From NCBI GenBank assembly GCA_017451735.1, contig JAFTNU010000040.1:22101-86100 (forward strand): 64,000 nt of DNA, given 5' to 3'. The notes beneath the pieces are model-generated. The model was not told where the DNA came from. It saw nothing but the letters and a program-made list of their open reading frames with translations, and did no database searches. Position 1 is the first letter of the stretch; each line of letters starts with the position of its first letter. Position numbers and translations under genes: made by a program. Shown here one piece after another: positions 29,493-36,953 of this stretch. The DNA is from Clostridia bacterium. Its GTDB lineage: Bacteria > Bacillota > Clostridia > Oscillospirales > CAG-272.

Positions 29493-31538
29493 TCAATCGA
29501 GTGAAATCAAAAGCGCGGTGTATCTGCGTGGGAGGCAGACGCGGATCCCATCATTTGCCGCCGCTACCGTCGCATCGCCCTTGGAGGGATAAAGGATCTC
29601 GGCTTTGCCGCCAAGCGGGACGGTCACCGCATCCGTCTCGCCACCCATGCGCCACAGGGCCAGCAAGCTGCGATCGTCACTGCGCAATCCCAGGCAAAGC
29701 CAATCATCGTGATACCCGGGGAGCCCCAACGGGTAGAACGGAACCGCGTCGGGAATCAAATGGCGGTAGGTCTTATAAAGAGCAATTCCCTCGCTGACAA
29801 GAGCCCGTACCTCATCACTCCAACTCATGATCTTGCCCGACAGGTGAATGCGCTGCAGCATGGCGTTGACCATATTGAAGGCCGCGGCATCGCTATCGGC
29901 GTCGGCCAACGGATAGGACCAGATGGCGGCCTGCTCGGGCAGCACCGTAGTGGGCGCTCCGGCCGCAATATAAGCATTCTTTTTATAGTTGGTCTGATCG
30001 CTGACCGACTGGATATGAGCACGCTCCAGCATGGCATAATCCATGCGCATGCCGCCGCTGCCGCAGTTTTCCCAGATCAGTGCGGGATATCGTTCCCTGA
30101 TCCCGTCAAGCCAGGAAAGGTAAGCACGGTTATGCTCCAACAGTCCATCGCCAAAGCTATCCGCATCGGTTTCGGTACCTGCGCCGCCGTCAATGTTATA
30201 GTCCATCTTGATGTAGCCGACACCGTACTCCCGCACAACACGGTCGATCACCGCATCGGCAAAGGCACGCACGCGGGGATTTCTGAAATCCAGATGATAT
30301 CTGCCGTGGTCGATCACCCGTTTTCCGTGACGCATAAAGAAGCAGTCATCCTCAAAGGTCTTGGCCAGGGGACACTCGATGCCCATGACCTCCAGCTCCA
30401 GCCAGATGCCGGGCACCATCCCCTTTGCGCGGATATGATCGAAGATTCTTTTGATGCCATTCGGGAAACGTCGGGCAGAGGGCAGCCACTCGCCAACATT
30501 GTCCCACCATTTGCCGTCGGCATACCAGCCGGCGTCCATGCAATAATACTCGGCCCCCACCGCCGCCGCAAGATCAATGAGGGGCAGCTCCTTCTCCTCG
30601 GTCGGGTCGGCCCACAGGCAGTTCATGTAATCGTTGAAGATCACCGGCATCGCAGTATTTGCGGCATTATTACGGAATAAGATACGGCGGTATGCGGTCA
30701 TCGCGGCCAGTGCGCCGCAAAGATCCTTGGCCGCCGTAAGGCAGACCTTCACACTCTCAAACCGCTCACCCGGCATCAGCTCCTTATACCATTGATGCTC
30801 CTGCTCCGTTGGGCCGGACAAGCGCAGATACAGCAGTTTCGAGGGGACATCCCCCAGCTCCCATTGCCACGAGCCGTTGTGCTCGATCTGCCACAGAAGC
30901 GCACTTTCCCGCTCGGTGTTAAGGACTGCACCCATAGGCAGGTATTCCTTGCTGGACCATGTCCCGTTATTGGATACCGAGATCCGCTTGGTCGAGGTGC
31001 TTGAGATCATGTCGAGCCCCAGCTCCGACAGACGATATTGCTTCCAATCCACCTCGCGCACCCATGCATTATGGGGAATGCAGACCCGCATCTTTTCGTC
31101 GGCCGTCAGCTCTCCCGCATCCAGTCCCGCAAAGGCAAAGGACGAAACATACTCCAGTCCCACCGGGTCCTTGGAAATATTCTCAACCGCAGCCCACGTA
31201 CGCACGGCGGCAATGCCGCTGTAAAACTGATAATTCACCGTTACCGAAATACGCCCGTTTGTAAGCAAAAACGAGATACGGTTACCGATTTCGGTTTCTG
31301 TCACCCGATGCGAAACATATTCCAGCGTACAGGCGCCGGAGGTGGCAGTGTGCTTGTAGCCATGGTGACTGTCGGGATTCTCTCCGATGATCTGTACCTC
31401 AACGATCGGCGCGGTCTTTCGTGCCTTCGCACGCGCATCTGCCGTATTGCCGTAGCCGAACTCCTTCAGCAGCACCGCCTTGTCTTCGGTCACCTCGAAC
31501 ACGGCACCAAGGCCGTTCTGCGAAAAATCCAAAAGCAT
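29493..31538 (-). CDS. Alpha-galactosidase (GH36)
   Basis: FNDYMNCL, MDAGWY, GIWLELE, YIKMDYN, ENCGSGGMRMD, SVSDQ; GGAGG RBS. Confidence 0.9.
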   Translation of the reverse strand: MLLDFSQNGLGAVFEVTEDKAVLLKEFGYGNTADARAKARKTAPIVEVQIIGENPDSHHGYKHTATSGACTLEYVSHRVTETEIGNRISFLLTNGRISVTVNYQFYSGIAAVRTWAAVENISKDPVGLEYVSSFAFAGLDAGELTADEKMRVCIPHNAWVREVDWKQYRLSELGLDMISSTSTKRISVSNNGTWSSKEYLPMGAVLNTERESALLWQIEHNGSWQWELGDVPSKLLYLRLSGPTEQEHQWYKELMPGERFESVKVCLTAAKDLCGALAAMTAYRRILFRNNAANTAMPVIFNDYMNCLWADPTEEKELPLIDLAAAVGAEYYCMDAGWYADGKWWDNVGEWLPSARRFPNGIKRIFDHIRAKGMVPGIWLELEVMGIECPLAKTFEDDCFFMRHGKRVIDHGRYHLDFRNPRVRAFADAVIDRVVREYGVGYIKMDYNIDGGAGTETDADSFGDGLLEHNRAYLSWLDGIRERYPALIWENCGSGGMRMDYAMLERAHIQSVSDQTNYKKNAYIAAGAPTTVLPEQAAIWSYPLADADSDAAAFNMVNAMLQRIHLSGKIMSWSDEVRALVSEGIALYKTYRHLIPDAVPFYPLGLPGYHDDWLCLGLRSDDRSLLALWRMGGETDAVTVPLGGKAEILYPSKGDATVAAANDGIRVCLPRRYTALLISLD

Positions 31539-31641
31539 TTGCTTTTCCTCCCCATATCGCATTCTTGCCTTTATCCTAACATGCAAGCCCTGAAAATACA
31601 AGACTTTTGTTCAGCAAAACCAGACATTTATTCATTCGATT

Positions 31642-31758
31642 ATGATCCATCCGCATGGCGGGTGGTATCCGTACCTCGGACATTGCCCAACACCGCCAGT
31701 ATTTCAGATCGGCCTGTCGGCTACGCAAGAAATGATCGGTTGCCCGTCCGTTGGGATA
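31642..31758 (-). ncRNA. Candidate structured non-coding RNA, family not identified
   Basis: Minus strand folds into a cgg-GCAA-ccg hairpin and a ggcgg/ccgcc stem enclosing two hairpins, with atcc/ggat closing; no convincing ORF. Confidence 0.35.
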
Positions 31759-31759
31759 C

Positions 31760-31797
31760 AAAAAGCACCTCGCCGCTATAGCAACGAGGTGCTTTTG
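31760..31797 (-). terminator. Terminator of the 100-aa gene
   Basis: aaaagcacctcg...cgaggtgctttt. Confidence 0.8.
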
Positions 31798-32100
31798 TTA
31801 CATAGCACTTTTCTTCAGCTTAAGATCAAGCCATGTGAGGCCGAGTGAAAACGCATCGTGCAGGCCATCCTTCTGACCGCTCTGAACGATGTTGTTGGGA
31901 TCCTTGGAATCCAGGATCTGGATCAGAACCTTAGAGGGGACCTTCTCCCCCGCTTCTTCTTTATAGGACATGATCTCCAACACCAACACATAGGGGTCGT
32001 GGTTCAGATCGCCGTAAATAATGGTATCATCCTCGCGCACCAGAGGCTTACCCTGATATTGCAGATACGCGCCTTCCACCTTTTTTCTGGTTTCCGCCAT
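31798..32100 (-). CDS. Hypothetical protein (100 aa)
   Basis: GGAGG RBS, TTGACT-17-TATACT promoter at 32133-32161, own terminator. Confidence 0.8.
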   Translation of the reverse strand: MAETRKKVEGAYLQYQGKPLVREDDTIIYGDLNHDPYVLVLEIMSYKEEAGEKVPSKVLIQILDSKDPNNIVQSGQKDGLHDAFSLGLTWLDLKLKKSAM

Positions 32101-32166
32101 TGTACTGCCTCCCTTCACAGATTATCTTATATAGTATAGCACGCCGAAAGAAAAAAGTCAATGCCT

Positions 32167-32186
32167 TTCACGGAAAACATCATGTG
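32167..32186 (+). repeat. Left copy of 20-bp direct repeat (target duplication or att core)
   Basis: TTCACGGAAAACATCATGTG, identical to 45546-45565. Confidence 0.95.
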
Positions 32187-32243
32187 TCTAAATGTTAAAA
32201 TCTAACTTACAGACCGATTCTTCCCCGGTTTGTGCTTTAGGGG

Positions 32244-32306
32244 GCCCTTTTTGGACGCGCGAGCGCGTCCAAAAAGGGCTGTGCCCCCCCGCTAACAGGG
32301 GGGTAC
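32244..32306 (+). other. Double-strand origin: perfect 17-bp hairpin plus Rep_trans nick-site hairpin
   Basis: gccctttttggacgcgc-ga-gcgcgtccaaaaagggc, then gtgCCCCCCCGCTAACAGGGGGGtac, matching the CTAACAGGGGGG nic motif of ICEBs1/Tn916 Rep_trans (MOB_T) enzymes. Confidence 0.85.
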
Positions 32307-32342
32307 AGATATTCAATCTGATCTTTGGGGGTGCCGTTGAAA

Positions 32343-33590
32343 ATGGAACGCAAAGACGGCATTTTGATAGACTGGCTCTCGATCACATCGAAAACCATGT
32401 TCCCCGAGGATATGATGAAATTGATAGGAATTACCTCCGGGTGGCAGTTGCGCGGGCGCGGTGTTCGTGGGTATGGCGATTCATACTATAACAACTCCAT
32501 TCAAATTCATTTCGGCGGTACGCAAGATAACGTATGGTTGGAAATGAGCGGCCAGGGGTGTAGAACCTTTGAGTCCGATTCTATTCACAAAGATTATAAC
32601 GTAATCTTTGATGCTCTCATGAATAACCTTAACACTATGCGCATTACTCGTTTGGATATTGCGTTTGATGATTTTTCGGGTCTGCTGGATATTGATCGTA
32701 TTTGTGACGATACCCGGCCCAGAAATCACAAATATAAGGCCAAGACCGATTATGCTCAAGTGATAGAATCCACCAACGGTATGTCTTGTGATATAGGTTC
32801 TCCAAAGTCCCTGCTGCTTGTTCGTATCTATGATAAATTGGCAGAGCGGCTATCAAAAATGCGTGGGGCCGAGGATCGGGAAAAGGTCCGAGAGTCCATT
32901 CCACATTGGGTAAGATGTGAGTTACAGCTGCGCGATGAACGCGCTTTGGAATTTGTGCGCTATTTGCGCGGCAAGGATCCAATTACAGGAGCTCCCGAGC
33001 CCATGGACCTCGGACAAGCCTATTGTGGAGTATTGGCCAATTATCTGGATTACGGCTATGAAGTTCCCGCCCGCGATAATCCTAACAAAATGGTTTGGCA
33101 TCGTTTTCCGTACTGGAAAAAGTTTCTCAAAGAAGTCGGTGCGATTTCCTTGTACCGTAAGCCAGGCAAAGGTTATAACCTGGAGCGTATGGTTAATTTC
33201 GTGCAGAACAATGCCGGAAACGCTATCGATGCTGCCATCAGTATATTCGGCCCTTCGAAATTTTTTGATATTATTTCCAGTCGTCAGATTTCACAAAGTC
33301 CTAAATATTTGGAGTTGATTAAACAGTACGGTACATATGAGGAACGTGTTGAGACCGATATGGCCATTGATTTCCTGGAGAATAGTGCTCCCGAAACGGA
33401 AGAAGAAAAAGAAAACCGTCACCCGTTCTACAAGGTATTTGCCCGTCGTGAGTGGGTCGTTTGGGGCGGTGTTCGTCATTTGATGTGTCGCGAGTGCGGT
33501 CAAGTCATGCCGGAAAAGGCGTTTGTAGATGTGTCTATTCACTCTAATTTCGCCCGGTGTTATAAGTGCGATAATAAGAAATCCCCATAA
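32343..33590 (+). CDS. Rep_trans-family rolling-circle replication initiator with C-terminal CxxC..CxxC zinc ribbon
   Basis: IDWLSIT, LEMSGQGCR, ITRLDIAFDD, IGSPKS..VRIYDKLAER (catalytic Tyr), WVRCELQLR. Confidence 0.93.
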   Translation: MERKDGILIDWLSITSKTMFPEDMMKLIGITSGWQLRGRGVRGYGDSYYNNSIQIHFGGTQDNVWLEMSGQGCRTFESDSIHKDYNVIFDALMNNLNTMRITRLDIAFDDFSGLLDIDRICDDTRPRNHKYKAKTDYAQVIESTNGMSCDIGSPKSLLLVRIYDKLAERLSKMRGAEDREKVRESIPHWVRCELQLRDERALEFVRYLRGKDPITGAPEPMDLGQAYCGVLANYLDYGYEVPARDNPNKMVWHRFPYWKKFLKEVGAISLYRKPGKGYNLERMVNFVQNNAGNAIDAAISIFGPSKFFDIISSRQISQSPKYLELIKQYGTYEERVETDMAIDFLENSAPETEEEKENRHPFYKVFARREWVVWGGVRHLMCRECGQVMPEKAFVDVSIHSNFARCYKCDNKKSP

Positions 33591-33629
33591 ACATAAAAAA
33601 CATATAAAAGAAAAGCGAGGAAAAGCAAA

Positions 33630-33950
33630 ATGAGAGGATTTATCGTAGGAAAAGAAGTAACCAGTTACATTTCCAAGGAGGAAAAAAACAAGCCTAATCC
33701 GCAGTCTAAGATTAGTCGCACCCTGTATGTGGTCTGGGATAAGCCCCGCCGTTCTGTGGAGGGTATGGAGGGATTCAAGGCTGAGGCCGTTTGGGTTCCG
33801 TTCTCCTGTGATGATATCAAAGTGGGTGACTATTGTGAATTTGAGTATGAAGCCCGTAATACTTCCAAGGGTTCATTTGCATCCCTGGTAGATATCATCG
33901 TCATCGGCAAAGCCGATATTCTTCTGGAAGCTTCCAAAGCTAAGGCTTGA
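33630..33950 (+). CDS. Putative single-stranded DNA-binding protein (pV-like)
   Basis: 106 aa, beta-rich and aromatic, directly after rep as in filamentous phages; GAGG RBS; function inferred from position. Confidence 0.6.
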   Translation: MRGFIVGKEVTSYISKEEKNKPNPQSKISRTLYVVWDKPRRSVEGMEGFKAEAVWVPFSCDDIKVGDYCEFEYEARNTSKGSFASLVDIIVIGKADILLEASKAKA

Positions 33951-34072
33951 CGGACTTCTCTGCCGGGAAGAGTCGGGGATTTCTTTACTTCCGGCAATCG
34001 CGCCATTCTGTTGAGGGACGGATAAGGCGCATCACATTTATCTATAACGCTACCCTCATAGCGTGTAGAACT

Positions 34073-34100
34073 GGGTGGGGGCGCGGCTCCCACCCTTTTA
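34073..34100 (+). terminator. Terminator after rep-ssb
   Basis: gggtggg-ggcgcggct-cccaccc followed by tttta. Confidence 0.55.
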
Positions 34101-34201
34101 TTGCATTTAAGGCGGTGATTGTATGAAGTAGACGCATAGTCTTTTCTCAGATATATCTATCCCAAACTTCCCACAAAATCAAAAAACAAAGGAGAAAATC
34201 G

Positions 34202-34324
34202 ATGGCAAGACGTAGAAACGGTCGTAAACGTAAGAGATATTTTCTTACTCCGAAAAGAGCTCTTTTAAGAGAGGATATTGGAAGGGCTTTTGGACGGGAA
34301 GAAAAAGACATCGTTAAAAATTAA
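34202..34324 (+). CDS. Small Arg/Lys-rich peptide (40 aa), not in ORF track
   Basis: AAAGGAG RBS; MARRRNGRKRKRYFLTPKRALLREDIGRAFGREEKDIVKN. Confidence 0.6.
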   Translation: MARRRNGRKRKRYFLTPKRALLREDIGRAFGREEKDIVKN

Positions 34325-34349
34325 AACATAAAAAAGTGAGGTATAAATC

Positions 34350-34880
34350 ATGAGTAAGAAAACAAAAAGAATTCTGACCGCCGTAGGCATGTTGATGCTG
34401 GGTGTGCTGCTGACGGTTGTGGTCAGTAATGCCGTTGGTGTTGCAACCTGGAACATCCGCGAAGCCAATGAAGCAAACCTGTATCAGTCGGTTACCTTTG
34501 CCGGTACGGACGGTGTGATCGCCAGCGGCGAAAACGGCGTCAAGATCGAGCTAACCGATGACAATGAGATCAAGGTCAAGGGCACCTCCGAGACAGATGG
34601 TACTTATGTGATCGGTAAGATCACTTTGGAGGCAAACACATCGTACATCTTTGACTCCTCCCTGACCAATGGTTCTAACGGTACCATGTATATGTCCATC
34701 ATGAGCGGCGAGACAGAGCTGGCTAAATCTTATTCCGGTGCTGTGGTCTTTACGCCCACCAGTGCCACAGAGGTGCAGATCTGCCTTTACATCAATAAGG
34801 ATGTCAAAACCAATGTGACTTTGTGTCCCGTTCTCTGCAAGGGTACCACTACCGGTGATATCGTCGATTTCTGGGAGTAA
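34350..34880 (+). CDS. Membrane-anchored beta-rich protein, putative virion protein
   Basis: GAGGT RBS; basic N-terminus plus hydrophobic helix, then Thr/Ser/Gly-rich beta strands. Confidence 0.75.
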   Translation: MSKKTKRILTAVGMLMLGVLLTVVVSNAVGVATWNIREANEANLYQSVTFAGTDGVIASGENGVKIELTDDNEIKVKGTSETDGTYVIGKITLEANTSYIFDSSLTNGSNGTMYMSIMSGETELAKSYSGAVVFTPTSATEVQICLYINKDVKTNVTLCPVLCKGTTTGDIVDFWE

Positions 34881-34883
34881 TTC

Positions 34884-36176
34884 ATGGGCAAGTTTTGGCT
34901 TGCGTTGTTGGTAGTCCTGGTGTGTCTCGGATGCGTTGTTGGGGCGACAAACTTCAATAACGCATTCGGCACAGTGGAACGTGTATCCTCCGAGGCCTCC
35001 GAATCCGATGATATATCGACAACCAAATTCATTGTGATCGAGGAGGAATTCTCCAGTGTAGAAGCTATGAATGCCGGGTTTGAGACCGATGGTGTTCCTT
35101 TCGGTGGGTATGTTCTGATTAACACCGATAATGTTGAGGATGCGGACAACGCGAAATTGTATGTAAAACGTGCGGATGGTTACAAGCTGGTCACCGACTT
35201 GTCCGGTGCTCAAGGTGAGCAAGGCCTCCAGGGTGAGCAAGGCATTCAGGGTGAGCAAGGTCCTCAGGGAGAGCAAGGTTCTCAGGGAGAGCAAGGTCCC
35301 CAGGGTGAGCAAGGCCCTCAGGGTGAGCAAGGTCTCCAGGGCGAGCAAGGTCCCCAGGGTGAGCAAGGTCCCCAGGGTGAGCAAGGTCCTCAGGGTGAGC
35401 AAGGTCCCCAGGGTGAGCAAGGCATTCAGGGAGAGCAAGGTCCTCAGGGAGAGCAAGGTCCCCAGGGTGAGCAAGGCATTCAGGGAGAGCAAGGTCCTCA
35501 GGGTGAGCAAGGTCCTCAGGGTGAGCAAGGTCCTCAAGGTGAAAAGGGTGATCCCGGTGTCAGCGTTATAGGGGCAACCATTAACGCAAGCGGGCATCTT
35601 ATCATTACTCTTTCGGATGGTAATACCATTGATGCAGGATTGGTCATCAGTGGCTCTACCGATAGCGGTTCGGGTGATTCGGGTGACAGCGGTGATTCGG
35701 GAGAAGACACTACGGTTACGGTGACCGACATTTGCTTTTGGGATATTGATAATTCGAAATGGGTAGACAAAAACGATTATGATTACGAAGAATCAGCTCA
35801 AAGAGGCAGTTGTCCGCACTGCGGCAATTTCATATATGCTGAATCCGGCCTCTCGGGACTTGAAGTCGAATGTCCTCATTGTCGAAAAGTCATTCTTTTA
35901 AGCAACCGTGAAGGCTCGCTTGTGGTCGATAGAGTGTACGCTGATGATACCGTGACCTATGAGGTGAATAGTAGCGGTACCATCGATCTGTCCACTATCG
36001 GTACTTACTATGCCGGTGGCTCAATGTATTACTATTACGATGAAGCATATGGTGTGATGTTTTTGACTTGGTATATGTTTGATGAATATGGAGAAGATAT
36101 TACAATTACGATGGATGATGGCACATTGATCACGATTGTATCATCCGATTGGAAATTCAATCCGTATTATGTTTGA
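34884..36176 (+). CDS. Membrane-anchored collagen-like protein, putative adhesin or fibre
   Basis: N-terminal hydrophobic helix, 39 Gly-X-Y triplets, GHLIITLSDG motif, GDS linker, two CPHC motifs. Confidence 0.85.
   Translation: MGKFWLALLVVLVCLGCVVGATNFNNAFGTVERVSSEASESDDISTTKFIVIEEEFSSVEAMNAGFETDGVPFGGYVLINTDNVEDADNAKLYVKRADGYKLVTDLSGAQGEQGLQGEQGIQGEQGPQGEQGSQGEQGPQGEQGPQGEQGLQGEQGPQGEQGPQGEQGPQGEQGPQGEQGIQGEQGPQGEQGPQGEQGIQGEQGPQGEQGPQGEQGPQGEKGDPGVSVIGATINASGHLIITLSDGNTIDAGLVISGSTDSGSGDSGDSGDSGEDTTVTVTDICFWDIDNSKWVDKNDYDYEESAQRGSCPHCGNFIYAESGLSGLEVECPHCRKVILLSNREGSLVVDRVYADDTVTYEVNSSGTIDLSTIGTYYAGGSMYYYYDEAYGVMFLTWYMFDEYGEDITITMDDGTLITIVSSDWKFNPYYV
35214..35537 (+). repeat. 18 tandem copies of an 18-bp coding unit (GEQG[P/I/L/S]Q)
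   Basis: ggtgagcaaggtccccag-like unit repeated without spacers. Confidence 0.95.
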
Positions 36177-36194
36177 TCAGAATAGCGAATCAAA

Positions 36195-36231
36195 TAACAG
36201 CCTATGGCCTTTTGGGCTGTAGGCTGTTTTT
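36195..36231 (+). terminator. Internal terminator in the structural module
   Basis: aacagcctatggcc-tttt-gggctgtaggctgtt followed by a T run. Confidence 0.6.
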
Positions 36232-36245
36232 ATAAGGAGCGAGAG

Positions 36246-36935
36246 ATGAGAAAAAGAGTTTTACTGATATTGTTAGTATTGGCGCTTGCGCTTTGTATTT
36301 TGCTGTGCGTGTCGTTGAGTCAAAGCATGAATGAAACCGTTAGAGTTTCCGGGACGGCATCCAATACAAATACAACGGAGCCTGAGCCCGATACAACAGA
36401 ACCCGACACAGGTACAGAGGATGATACTGATCAGGAAACGGGCAGTGATTTGACGGTTGAAGCTCCTACATCCCCCGCCGGCTATGTGAATCAAATTCAG
36501 TTCAATGATGTGACATTGACTGATGTTGTGTTTAGCGAAGAGGCCGAGCTTTACGGCAATTTCTATGTTTATGCCGATTCCGGTACGATTACATTGGACG
36601 CGGATTTGGATGAATATGCTGATGATTCTTTATTGCCCGCCATCGGTACTATAACACTGGAACCGGGATATACCTATTATGGCTTTTATACCACATCGTT
36701 TTTGGAAAACGGAGAATACCGTGAGATCAATAAAGTGTATACAGGTACAGATTTGTTCGGTAGTGAGTATTCCTATACTGATTTCACACTTTTGGGTTGG
36801 TATGATACCAACGGTATCACTGTTGAACATAGTGAAACAAGGGTGCTTTATATGCGAAATGGTATAGACGGTTCTCATGAATTACTGGAATGCGGCAATT
36901 ATTATCTTTATATCATCGCTGTTCCCAACACATAA
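36246..36935 (+). CDS. Membrane-anchored acidic protein with Thr/Glu/Pro/Asp linker
   Basis: AAGGAG RBS; MRKRVLLILLVLALALCILL; TTEPEPDTTEPDT linker. Confidence 0.75.
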   Translation: MRKRVLLILLVLALALCILLCVSLSQSMNETVRVSGTASNTNTTEPEPDTTEPDTGTEDDTDQETGSDLTVEAPTSPAGYVNQIQFNDVTLTDVVFSEEAELYGNFYVYADSGTITLDADLDEYADDSLLPAIGTITLEPGYTYYGFYTTSFLENGEYREINKVYTGTDLFGSEYSYTDFTLLGWYDTNGITVEHSETRVLYMRNGIDGSHELLECGNYYLYIIAVPNT

Positions 36936-36953
36936 AGCGAGAAGGAGTAAAAA

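Noticed and set aside
35205-35558. Tandem repeat as a CRISPR array
   Set aside because: Units abut without unique spacers and encode in-frame Gly-X-Y; no cas genes in the window
34551-35597. 348-aa minus-strand Leu/Thr repeat ORF and the 133-aa RVSKV ORF
   Set aside because: Shadow frames of the collagen repeat
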